A stretch of DNA of 64,000 bases from Eledone cirrhosa (GCA_964016885.1 OZ024740.1:17422001-17486000), one strand, 5' to 3'. Shown: positions 41,423 to 55,220, numbered from the stretch's first letter. Program-made: numbers and translations. The notes: a model not told the origin generated them from the sequence alone.

Positions 41423-41767
41423 TGGAGGCACATGGCTTAGTGGTTAGAGCATTGGCCTTGCAATCGAAAGGTTGTGAGTTCAATTCTTAGACCGGGTGAT
41501 GTGTGGTTTCCTTGAGCAAGACACTTTATTTCACATTGCTCCAGTTTACTCAGCTGTAGAAATGAGATGATAGGGACTGGGGTCCATATCATTCCACTGC
41601 AAAGTGGACGTGGAGGTGCCACCGAAAAAAAGCACCCAGCACTCACTGTAAATGAGGTTGGTGTTAGGAAGGGCATCCAGCTGTAGAAATCAAGCCAGAA
41701 TCAGTTCCCATCCCACCCTTGCAAGCAGGGAAAAGTGAACGTAAAAATGAAATGATGATGATGATGA

Positions 41768-41770
<3 letters not shown>
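41423..41770 (+). mobile_element. Tripartite SINE: tRNA head, CORE-like domain and RTE family B-like 3' tail ending in (GAT)n
   Basis: TGGCTTAGTGG and GAGTTCAATTC boxes; CCTTGAGCAAGACACTT; tail AAAAGCACCCAGCACTCACTGTAAATGAGGTTGGTGTTAGGAAGGGCATCCAGCTGTAGAAATCAAGCCAG matches 58772-58842. Confidence 0.85.
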
Positions 41771-41799
<29 letters not shown>

Positions 41800-41802
<3 letters not shown>

Positions 41803-44800
41803 GGCACCCTAAAGGGTCGCGCTAACGAGGTTGTAGAAATGCTTGAACGTAAGGAGGTCGATGTTTGTTGTATTCAAGAGACCAGGTGGAGGGGTGGGTC
41901 TGCTAGGTTCATTGAGGGTAAAAAACGATGTTATAAGCTTTTCTGGGTGGGAAACGACGATGGGCTGGGTTGAGTAGGAATCATGGTAGCAGAAAAGTGG
42001 GCAGATAAGATAATAGAGTGAACGACAGAATAATTAAAATACGACTTGTCCTCAATAGAACTACGGTGACAGTAATATCTGCGTACGCACCCCAATCCGG
42101 ACTGCCCGGCACTATAAAAGACAGATTCTATGAGACACTGATGCTAACTACCTCCCAAATATCTGACAGTGACTATATAATTATCGCAGGCGGCCTAAAT
42201 GGTCACGTTGGACAACATTGTGACGGCTACGACGAAATCCATGGAGGCTATGGGTTTGGTACTAGAAATGAGGAAGGCTCCAGAATCCTGGAATTCTGTG
42301 ATGCAAATAACCTAACTATCTGTAACACTAACTTCAAAAAACGTGACAATCACCTGATCACCTATAGATCCGGGGAACACACAAGCCAGGTAGATTATAT
42401 CCTTACCAGAAGACGTGACAGAGTGTCTGTTGTAAACACTAAATCCCTCCCCCATGAAGAATGCACCTCCCAACATAGACTGATAATTAGCGACCTCATA
42501 GTCAGGACGAGACGTACTCGACATCAGAAGAGGACTATCCTCAGGAGGAAAATATGGAAGCTAAAGGACCCCACAGCCAGGAATAAATTTCAAAGCATAT
42601 TACTTGATGCTTTCGACAGTAAGGAAGAACATTTAGAGTCGGACAATATAGAGGGAGAGTGGGAATTTCTGAAAGCAAACCTGCTGTTGGCGACAGACGA
42701 AGTCTGTGGCTGGAGCAGGCCTGTAGGCAGGAGGAGAGTAACATGGTGGTGGAACAGTAAGGTGGAGGGGTCAATTAAGGCCAAAAAGCAGGCTTGGAAA
42801 GTATGGCGGGATGGGGGAAGTAGAGAGGACTATCAAGTGGCCAGGAGGGAAGCTAGGAGACAAGTGTACTTAGCAAGAAGGGAAGCTGAGGAAAGAAAGT
42901 TCAAGCATGTTCTACAACGCGATGACCAAAAACGTGAGGTGTTCAGGATTGCTAGGCAATGCGTCAAGGAAAACCGTGATATTGTCGGGGAGAAGTGTGT
43001 ACTAAACGACGATGGCACACTTGCCATCACCGACGCTGATAAGAAGGTAGCTTGGAAGTGTCACTATGAAAGGCTACTAAATGAGGAGAATAATTGGGAG
43101 AAAGGCAGTCTCCCCCATATCGACCCAATAGAGGGACCAGCAGTGTTAGTCGAGGGGAGTATAATAAGTAAGGCAATCAAGGATATGAAGACGGGTAAGG
43201 CGGCTGGGCCTTCGGAAATAGTTGCTGAGATGCTGAAGGCATCTGGCACGGTGGGACACACCATGGTCACCCGCATAGTTAACCAAGTCGTACAGAATGG
43301 GGTTGTTCCGAAGGACTGGCATAGCAGCATCATCGTTAACTGTTATAAGGGTAAAGGAGACGCCCTAGATAGGAGTAACTATAGAGGCATTAAATTAATC
43401 GACCAGGTCATGAAGGTCACGGAAAAAGTAATAGCGCAACTAATCAGAGAGAGAATTGACCTAGATGAAATGCAGTTCGGGTTTGTGTCAGGCAAAAGTA
43501 CCACAGACGCTCTTTTCATAGTACGACAACTACAGGAGAAGTACCTAGCTAAAGGTAAACCCCTCTACTTAGCTTTTGTCGACTTGGAGAAAGCCTTCGA
43601 CAGAGTCCCCCGCTCCATTATCTGGTGGGCTCTTAGAAAACTAGGCGTTGACGAATGGCTTGTGAGGGCTATACAAGCCATGTATAAAGAAACAGTCAGC
43701 AAGGTTAGAATTAACAACGAATATAGTGAAGAGTTTAGCGTAAAAGTTGGCGTCCATCAGGGCTCTGTTCTCAGCCCACTACTATTTATTATTGCCCTTC
43801 AGGCTATAACAGAGGAGTTCAAGACAGGCTGCCCATGGGAACTCCTATACGCAGACGACCTGACACTCATAGCGGAATCAATGGCCGAGCAAGAGAAGAA
43901 ATTCCAAACATGGAAGCACGGCCTAGAGTCAAAAGGACTTAAAATTAACCTGGCTAAGACCAAAGTACTAGTTTGTAGGAAAGAAAACAAGGCGGCGGTC
44001 CCTTCTGGGAAATGGTCGTGCTCGGTGTGTAGGAAAGGCGTAGGTAGAAACTCCATTTTATGTCCTAAATGCAAAGTATGGGTGCATAAAAGATGTAGTG
44101 GGATCACAGGTAAGCTAACTAAGAACATAGATTTTACATGTGGCCGGTGCTCTGGTGCAATAAGTAGCAGCAAGTGCCCACAAACTACTAGATCTTTCAA
44201 TTGCGCAGAAGGTTCTATAGAAATAGTGGACAGCTTCCGTTACCTGGGCGATAAAATCAGCAGTGGGGGAGGGTGCTCTGAAAGTACTGTAGCTAGAGTC
44301 AGAACTGGTTGGAAAAAGTTCAGAGAGCTTATACCACTATTAACTGCTAAAGGGTTCTCACTAAAAATGAAAGGCAGGTTGTACGATGCCTGCATACGAA
44401 CAGCAATGCTGCATGGCAGTGAGACCTGGGCATTGTGTGCAGAGGATATACGCAGACTAGAGAGGAACGAAGCTTGCATGCTCCGCTGGATGTGTAACAG
44501 TAATATACGTGAACGGCAAAGCATAAACGAACTAAGGAAAAAATTAGAGATAAGAGGGATCAGATGTTGTTTACTCGAGAGAAGGCTACGTTGGTATGGA
44601 CACGTGATGCGCATGAAAGTCGATAGCTGTATAACAAAGTGCAGGGCAATAAAGATAGACGGTAGTCACGGAATAGGCAGACCTAGAAAAACCTGGGACG
44701 AGCTGATAAACTCCGACATCACACACTTACACCTCTCCAAGACAATGTCACTGGACCGAGACCTTTGGCGGTACTCAGTAACAGAGAAGACCCGCCTTAC

Positions 44801-44804
44801 CTAA
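41800..44804 (+). pseudogene. RTE ORF2 (EN-RT), disrupted near the N-terminus; 928-aa open remainder at 42018-44804
   Basis: In-frame TGA at 41971-41973, frameshift at ~42017, and the endonuclease GDxN motif reads GGLN. Confidence 0.9.
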
Positions 44805-45206
44805 ATATATAGTAAAACCTACTCCAGCCAGTAGGCATCTCTAACAAAATACACCCCGTCCCACCACCCCCACCCCCACCCCATCCACACCACCCCGTTC
44901 TATGTAAAGTTATGTTGGTGCCGCGCCATCGAGGCCGAAACAAATGAGATCGTGTAGGTGTCACGACAAAAAAACACACAGTCCACGCTGTAATGTGGCC
45001 GTGTAGGCAACACGGTAAAAACCTCCCAGACCCACACTGTAAATGTGGTTGGTGTTAGGAAGGGCATCCAACTGTAGAAAACCTGCCAGACAGTCCTATG
45101 CGAGCAAGACAATCACTCTTGCCTCAAGTGGGACTACCCCCGTCCAAACCCATGCAAGCGTGGAACACGGACGTTAAACGTTGATGATGATGATGATGAT
45201 GATGAT
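41800..45206 (+). mobile_element. RTE-clade LINE, family A, near full length (APE endonuclease, RT, PHD-type finger, 3' UTR, (GAT)n)
   Basis: VGTL..CCIQETRW, SAYAPQ, SQVDYIL, NYRGIKL, FVDLEKAFD, QGSVLSP, YADD and RRLRWYGH motifs; (TA)n on both flanks. Confidence 0.97.
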
Positions 45207-45224
45207 ATATATATATTAAAATAA

Positions 45225-45298
45225 CAGATTAAAGTTTAAGCAAAGAATCGCTGCTTTCACCCTTAACGGGATCTTCTGAAACTAACAAAGTCAATCTG
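45225..45298 (-). ncRNA. Degenerate type I hammerhead-ribozyme-like fold
   Basis: Minus strand: CAGATTGA..AGTTT CAGAAGA TCCC-GTTAA-GGGT GAAA GCAG-CGATTCT-TTGC TT AAACT TTAATCTG; stems I-III pair by eye; core reads CAGAAGA instead of CUGAnGA. Confidence 0.5.
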
Positions 45299-45866
45299 TA
45301 AACGCAGAAGTGGATATTTCCAAAAACGTTGCAACCGGAGGAAGACAGGATTTTAGTCTTCAAATTTATTATTATTACTATATATATATATATATTATGT
45401 GTGTGTGTGTGTATATAATGGGCCAGTCAAAACAAACACAGTGAGGATGGTAATGAACAAGAGACAGGCCAGGCTACAGTAAAATTCAGGTATGTAAATT
45501 CTTTCTTTGAGAACTGAAACCGAAAGTCTGACTATTTGACCAACTGACAATATTAAATGTGATAAACTTGTCAACAGGTGAGGAAATCTAGAACTAAATT
45601 AATAAAAGAAAAAATAACTGTTTGATTAATAAATAAAGGTGTATATTAAATTTAAATTAAATCAACAGCAGGGAAAGGGAACATTAAATTATATATATAT
45701 ATATATATCCAAAATTAAATTAAGGGTTGTCATGTCTGAGAGACATGCGCCATATCCACCGTAGAATAAGCTCAAAGATTCCAATGAATAGATCCGAGCA
45801 TTTATATATATATATCACACACACACAAATGTATATATATATATATATCACACACACAAATATATA

Positions 45867-48556
45867 TAATAATAATAATGAAATATTGTGTACAGTGCTC
45901 AGGTGCACTACAACTCATCAAAAAGTGTATGTATAGTACATAGGGTAATGTACAAACGTCAGGAAAATGAACAGTGCATGAGTCATGATATACACGTGTG
46001 CATGCGTATGGAAGGGGGACATCAGGTGTAGGTTTGGCGAATTTAGGGAAGCATGAGGGTTTTAAAGGATACAGTGTCTTGACAGCTAACAACTGACGCA
46101 GGTAGTTTGTTCCATGCTTCAGCAACTCTGAGCGCGAACTGTTTCCGAAAGTCATGGGTGCTGTGCTGTTTTCTGATTTTGTAGGCATGTCCACGTGTGT
46201 TAGACACATGGAGATCAAAAAGGTGGTCAGGGTTGCAATTGGCGAGATGGTTAATAACTTTGTGGGTAGTCACCAAGTCCATTGCCAGACGTCGGAGCTT
46301 CAATGAATCCATGCCCAGGGAAGCAAGGCGTTCAGAGTATGGTAGGTGTCTGATGGAGGGTATGCACTTGGTTGCACGTCTCTGAACAGTTTCCAGGTCA
46401 ATGTTCTGAGCAAGATAGGAGTTCCAGACTGATGATGCGAATTCCAAGTGTGGTCGTACCATAGCTGTATACAGCTTTAAATAGATGGCTGGAGAGTGGC
46501 TAACAAAGGTCTTGCTGAGTGATGCCAAGACACCCTCGGCCTTCTTGACAATCTTAGAGACATGCTTTCATCATCATCATCATCACCGTTTTACGTCCGT
46601 TCTTCCACGCTAGCATGGGTTAGACGGGTTGTCCTGTTGTGGGCAGTGTCTGGTCGGCTGACCATGCCTTGCTCATACAGGAACTGATTTGGCTTGATTT
46701 CTACAGCTGGATGCCCTTCCTAACACCAACCTCATTTACAGTGAGTGCTGGGTGCTTTTTCGTGGCGCCTACACGTCCACTTTACAGTGTGGGCTGGGTG
46801 CTTTTTCGTGGCGCCTACACGTCCACTTTACAGTGTGGGCTGGGTGCTTTTTTGCCATGGCACCTCCACGACCACCTTGCGGTGGGGGGTGTGGGGGCAT
46901 ATTGTCTATATGTTTCAGCTTGTACCCATGGGAGGTCGGGTACTCTGTATTACTGCGTGATGCCAGAGGTCACGGTCGTGTGTCATCGCCTTTGAGAGGT
47001 GTAATTGGGTAAGGTCGGGTTTTTTCACCTCATCCCAGGTCATTTTGGGTCTCCCCACTCCGCAGTTTCCATCGACTTCTAGTGCTCTGCACCTTTTTAT
47101 GCAGCTGTCATCCTTCATACGCATCACATGTCCATACCAACGCAACCGCCTCTCCTGCACACAGCATTTGATTCCTCTTATGCTCAGTCTCTCTCTCAAT
47201 TCATTTATGCTTTGTCGTTCGCATATATTACTATTACACATCCATCGGAGCATGCAGGCTTCGTTTCTCTCTAATCTACGTAAGTCTTCCACCTTCAGCG
47301 CCCAGGTCTCACTACCATGCAACATCGCTGTTTGGATACACGCATCATACAGTCTGCCTTTCATTTTGAGGGAGAAGCCTTTTGCAGCTAGCAGTGGTAG
47401 TAGTTCCCTAAACTTCTTCCATCCCGTTCTTACCCTAGTTATTGTACTTTCTGAACACCCACCTCCGCTGCTAATTCGGTCACCTAGGTAGCAGAAGCTG
47501 TCTACTCTTTCTACAGAGCCCTCCCAGAGATTGGTGGTACTTGTTTCCTGTGGCTGTTTGCTGCTTGCTGTCCCAGCACAGCTGCTGCATGTGAAGCCTA
47601 CATTCTTAATTAAGCTTCCTGAGATCCCGCTACATCTCTTGTGTACCCATTGTTTGCATTTGGGGCAGAGAATGGAGTTCCTACCTACACCTTTCCTACA
47701 TACTGAGCAAGGCCATTTCCCTGAGGGGATCTGGGTTCTGTTTTCTCGTCTACTTACAAGGACCTTAGTCTTTGTCATGTTGACTTTGAGACCCTTTCTT
47801 TCTAGTCCCTGCTTCCAAGTTTGGAATTTATTCTCTAGTTCTACCATAGATTCAGCTATAAGTGCGAGGTCATCAGCATACAGGAGTTCCCATGGGCATC
47901 CGGTCTTAAACTCCTCCGTTATTGCCTGCAGGATTGTGATGAACAGGAGGGGGCTAAGAACAGAGCCCTGGTGGACTCCAACCTGTAGGCTAAATTCCTC
48001 GCTATACTCATTGCTAATCCTAACTGTGCTGACTGCTCCCCTATACATGGCTTGTACCGCTTTCACAAGCCATTCATCTACTCCTAGTTTTCTAAGAGCC
48101 CACCAGATTACAGCACGTGGAACTCTGTCAAAGGCTTTCTCAAGATCGACGAATGTCCAACGCAAATCGCTGCTGACAGTAATGCCCAGGTCACGTTCAC
48201 AAGAGGGCTTCTTGGTATCAGTGTTGTGGAGGGCGTATGTGGACGCTGGATTTTTCCTCCCAAAATGCATGGTGGTACACTTGTCCACAGCCAGCTTCAG
48301 TTGTCAGTCTGTGATCCATTGCTGCATTGTGTCCAGGTCTGATTGTAGGAAAGAGTTATAGATTTCAGGATCTGTCCTTTTGATTTCAAGGTACAGCTTG
48401 ATGTCATCTGCATATTTCAGTACCGTGGCATTCTTTAAGTTAGCATCTATGTCATTAATATATGCCAAAAACAAAAGGGGACCAAGAACAGATCCCTGTG
48501 GTACACCAGATGACATCTCATATGGTGAAGAATGCTGTCCTAGAACCGTGACTACC
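45867..48556 (-). mobile_element. 5'-truncated CR1/L2-type LINE (RT C-terminal half and (ATT)n tail), interrupted by an RTE
   Basis: SGVPQGSVLGPLLF..YADDIKL (48304-48516), KCTTMHFG..ERDLGI, and LYTAMVRPHLEF..VQRRATK..TRGH (46043-46528); (AAT)n at 45867; 5' end abuts (TA)n. Confidence 0.9.
46568..48153 (-). mobile_element. RTE family B, 5'-truncated, nested in the CR1-type element
   Basis: Begins at FVDLEKAFD and is open to the stop at 46915; 3' UTR and (CAT)n at 46568-46585; near-identical to the reverse complement of 57380-58960. Confidence 0.95.
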
Positions 48557-48587
<31 letters not shown>

Positions 48588-48978
48588 GAATAATCGAGTA
48601 TCGGAAAATCAGCTCACGAATTAACGATAAACAATATCCGATATGAGTGGCAGAGGGCTCAATAATTTGGATAAATCAGAGCTATAACTATCGTTAAATT
48701 ACCAACACATAGAGATTATGCCTAAAATCACCCATACAGCCGAAAAAGAACGACCAGGAAGATTCGGGTCACTCAAATAAAATATCAATAAATCAATAAA
48801 TTAAATGAATGTAAAAAACTTACCCGGACCTGCTAGAAGGGTGTTAAATCTAGCTTCTTGGGTTTCTGCAAATCCTTAATCCGTTCGCTATCAGCCCACA
48901 TAAAAATCTATAAGACTTCTAGAGAAGGAGTGGACCGGAAGAGCTTTATCAACGGGTTCCGTCCGATAATAAAGAAGT

Positions 48979-49029
<51 letters not shown>

Positions 49030-49074
49030 ATATATATATATACATACACACACACACAGAGGGAGAGAGAGAAG

Positions 49075-49430
49075 TATTGTTTCACAAGCATGTGGTTCTG
49101 TGTTCAATCCCATTATGTGGCACCTTGGGTTAATCTTCTCTGCTACAGCCACGGTGCCAAATGCCTTGAGGAGAATTTGGTAGATATAAACTGCAGAAGC
49201 CCACCATATATATGTATGTGTGTGTATGAATATGCACGTATATGTATGTGTGTGTGTATGAATATGCACGTATATGTGTTTGTGTCAGTATTTATTTTCC
49301 ATAACTTAGCGATTTTACAAAAAAAAACAGAAAGATTTTGATAAAATAAGTACTGGAATAGATATGATTGACTAAATCCCTGCAGTGCCCCAGCATGTCC
49401 ATGGTTTAATGATTGAAAGAAGTAAACGGA
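49075..49430 (+). mobile_element. Degenerate SINE-like element with internal microsatellite
   Basis: B-box-like GTGTTCAATCCC, CACCTTGGG core and GATAAAATAAGTACTGG segment shared with other SINE-like copies. Confidence 0.4.
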
Positions 49431-49970
49431 TAACAATGCTTAGATATTGATCGGAAGTGTGGCATGTACATAGACCTAGCAGAGATATGCAAGGAACAAG
49501 AGGCATGGCTGTTTCCAGGTGAGGTAAGCTGTTGGGTTCTCTCAGCACAATCAGTATTGAGTATACTAACTGCCAATTAGAATGACAGGAAGAGAGAAAG
49601 AAGGTAGCAGCTTGCAGGATGGAGTAGGCATCAGAAATAGTCTTTTGTTGGTTATGAAGGACAGTTAATGGTGGGAACACTCAATGAATGATGGACAGAA
49701 CAAGTAGTACACCCATATAGCCACAAAGGTTTTATAAGGCCAATATGGTGCTGTCCCACATCAGCAAAAATTACCAACATTCATCATGAATCAACATCAG
49801 CAAATGGTGAATCCGAGAACCAGCAACCACCGGCAGTCAACTTGTAACTCCAGAAAATCACTAGATCCAAAGAACAGAGGCTAGGGCTAGCCACTGCCCA
49901 GACCACAAATAGAGTAAAAGTAAAATCTCAACCCACACACACACACACACTCTCTCTCTCTGTCTCTCTG

Positions 49971-50023
<53 letters not shown>

Positions 50024-50304
50024 GTGTGTACCTTATTTCCTGGTGCCGAAGACGCTTCGTCCTTGAGGACCCACCCCAGTTTTGACAACCAAAAGTTTGA
50101 AAAAAAATAATAAACAACCTTCAGCCTCCACGACACATGGTAGATTTTTGAGACTTATTTTAGGAAGAAGTAGCGTCTTTGACGTTGGGAAATATGGTAT
50201 ATATATGTGTGTGTGTGTATGTATGGATATATGTATGTATTTGTGTATATGTATATATATGTATGCTAGCGTGGAAGATAGACGTTAAACGATGACGATA
50301 TATA

Positions 50305-51582
50305 CAGGGCGTGGACGATATTTGTTTGCAAGATTACTGTCTAGGAAAAAATAACAGTAGTTTTATTTTTTAAGATATATTTATCAAACTTGGGTCAGTT
50401 TGTCTTCATGGCTTGTTCTTTCGATCTCACTCGATAAACCCGCCATTGGCTTTGATGACGGCCTTGGAACCGGCTACAGGCCTTTGTCACTGTCCCCCGA
50501 CTTAGGCCCCTAAAGGCACTTGTGATCCTGGCCTTCAGATCATCTTTCGTATTGCAGCTAGATCTGTTGGTGTCTCGTTCCACTGCGCCCCACACAAAGA
50601 AGGCGAGCTGGGAGGCCAGATGTCAGGTGAAGTGTGGTCGACGAAGTTCTCTGACAGCCAGGCTTGGGTCTTTCGGCTGGTATGGCAGGGTGCTGAGTCT
50701 TGCTGCCACACCTATGGCCTACCTGTAGCTACCTGGTCGATCCAGGGCTTTACTACCTCGCTCAGAACGCGAATGTAGCCATCGGTGTTCAGCTTGAGGC
50801 CCTCAGGGAAGAAGTGAGGTGGCATGACGTTACCTTGACTGCTGACGACACCTAAGACCAATGTTGATGCTGGAAACTTTGTCTGCATGACTCTGGGCAC
50901 GTCTTTGGATGAGACAGCGAGCCACCTGTTGTTCTGGGAGTTGATCTTCTGGTCTTGGCAGAAGTTTTTCTCGTCGGAGAAAAACCACAGCATGTCTGGC
51001 TCCAGTGGGTGTTTCAACTTGTTGATCAGCTTCTTTGCGTGCTTCGGTCGCTTTTCTTGCATCGCCTTTGACGACAGAAATTGTCCTTTCCTCATCTTGT
51101 ATGAAACGTAGCAAATGTCTTCATGTACCACCAGCCTAATGAGCTTTTCATCCACGCCTTTCTCCCTTGCAATAGCATGCATCGACTTGCTAGGTTCATT
51201 GTTGATAATATCCTGAACTTCAGCGACGAACTCGGGCATTCTGAAGGTGTCAGATCGTCGATCATCTGTTTTCCTCTCTGATGTTGCTTCGTAGTCAAAT
51301 CTTGAATCTTCCAATTCCTTTCTGACCTTTTCCACCATTCTCCTGCTGACACTGAGAAAGTCTGAAATTTCCTTATTTGTCCTCCCGGCGCGGATTCCAA
51401 GAAGAACTCTGTGTCTCTTCCACAAATTTGGAGGTTCAAAATTATTCATAATCAATTATTCTGAAAATAAATAATGGAAATATAGTCACTGTTTTTATAA
51501 AGACAAGAGTGACAACGGAAATAAAAAAAAACTGCACAAAATTACCAGTTGAAAATTGCGAACAAATATCGTCCACACCCTG
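50305..51582 (-). mobile_element. Tc1/mariner DNA transposon (DD37D/maT-like), 1278 bp, 27-bp TIRs, TA flanks
   Basis: TIR CAGGG(C/T)GTGGACGATATTTGTT(T/C)GCAA at 50305-50331 and 51556-51582; TA on both sides. Confidence 0.93.
50395..51455 (-). pseudogene. Defective DD37D-like transposase
   Basis: HTH-like N-terminus, WFFSDEKNF, TAG stop at 50712, then VWQQDSAPCH..WPPSSP; a frameshifting deletion removes the expected DxNPLD before FVWGAVE. Confidence 0.88.
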
Positions 51583-51606
51583 TATATATACACATATGTA
51601 TGTATA

Positions 51607-53558
<1,952 letters not shown>

Positions 53559-54167
53559 AATACATATATATATATATATACATATATATATGTGTATGTA
53601 TATATATATATAAAGTACTGTGTTTGTTATACTTTGCTTGTATCGTATATGTAATCCACTTTGGTTTTTGGTTTATTTTAAACATTAAATATTATCAATG
53701 AATTCCCATTTAAGAAACTTTTTTTTTATCAGAAAACATTTTAAAGAACTTTCATCTGGGATTCTATTTGGGAAGCCAAGAACCATGTTTCTTTTTTAAC
53801 AGAAAAACTTACTTTGAAAGAACATATTTTATGTGTATGTGCAAGTGGGTATAAATACACATACACACATGCACAAAAAACATACATGCTTATTTAGGTA
53901 GATAGGTAGACATCTATGCATATATATATATATGTATGTGTGTTCGTATGTATGTTTATATGTATGCATTGAAATGTTTGTCTATAGAGCTACATTAATC
54001 TTAGTTTAGCTGATTCTATCACTGCCTTAAGCTTCAGGACTTACTGTATTTCTTAACTGATATCAGCTGGTATGAGGCTGACGGGGGAGGGGGACCATGG
54101 GGTGGAGTGACGGTCATAATAAATTACATTATCTCAACTATATTAATCCAGGAACTCACTGGAATAC

Positions 54168-54360
54168 CTCCACCACTAGGAACACTGCTCCCACCACCAC
54201 CACCAACAACACTGCCACCACCACCACCAACACTGCCACAACCACCACCAACAACACTGCCAACACCACCAACAACACTGCCACCACCACCAGCAACACC
54301 GCCACCACCAGCAACACTGCCACCACCACCACCATCACCGCCAGCAACTCCAGCAACACA
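54168..54360. repeat. Degenerate (ACC/AAC) triplet repeat with AACACTGCCACCACC units
   Basis: Direct inspection. Confidence 0.85.
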
Positions 54361-54621
54361 ACTTAAAACAAAACCCCAAAAATGTATTCTGCTGCCAGTC
54401 ATCTCCATGTTGGGGTGGAGTGGTTACTTGAGTAACTTCTGAAATGCAAGAAAGTTGCAGGAAATAGAATTTGAAGAATTAAAAGATTTACCATAAATTC
54501 AGAACATTCAGTGTAACCAAAGAGCCAAAAATCTTTGGTTAATTCTTCTTGTGTAAAATTTATCTGGGTATTGTGATTAGGAAGTAACTCCTGTGACTAT
54601 CGGGATATTTTTGAGGCTAGA

Positions 54622-54988
54622 TCTAGATATTTTGCTTTAGAATGAAACATTTCAAGACTTTATCTGGATCTTGTGTTTGGAATCAAACATTTCCGAGACT
54701 ATATCTAGATGTTGTGTTTAGAATCAAACATTTCCGAGACTATATCTAGATGTGTTTGGAATCAAACATTTCCGAGACTATATCTAGATGTTGTGTTTGG
54801 AATCAAACATTTCCGAGACTATATCTAGATGTGTTTGGAATCAAACATTTCCGAGACTATATCTAGATGTTGTGTTTGGAATCAAACATTTCCGAGACTA
54901 TATCTAGATGTGTTTGGAATCAAACATTTCCGAGACTATATCTAGATGTGTTTGGAATCAAACATTTCCGAGACTATATCTAGATGTT
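54622..54988. repeat. 41/38-bp minisatellite (~9 units)
   Basis: Unit (TTG)TGTTTGGAATCAAACATTTCCGAGACTATATCTAGATG; first units more diverged. Confidence 0.92.
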
Positions 54989-55127
54989 GGGGAAGAGAGA
55001 GAGGTTGAGGCCGAGGAAATGTACTCTATGCATGGGAAGAAGCAGAGTGAGTATAGAGGAAGGTAAAACTGAAAGAGTTTGGCATTGTGGTCAGGTTTTA
55101 ACCTCTCTCTCTCTATATATATATATT

Positions 55128-55220
55128 TATTAAAATAACAGATTAAAGTTTAAGCAAAGAATCGCTGCTTTCATCCTTATCGAGCCCTCTTTGGATTTTA
55201 GTCTTCAAATTTATTATTTT

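Noticed and set aside
38710-41490. YI/MY/HT-rich ORFs
   Set aside because: Translations of (TA)n/(TG)n microsatellites; the same applies at 48.9-49.4, 51.5, 53.4 and 59.0 kb.
42312-44614. Antisense ORFs overlapping RTE ORF2 (also 47045-48361, 52510-53010, 57372-58487)
   Set aside because: Shadow frames of the RT coding strand with no independent motifs.
54097-54442. Thr/Pro-rich mucin-like ORFs
   Set aside because: Explained by the ACC/AAC triplet repeat; no convincing splice signals.
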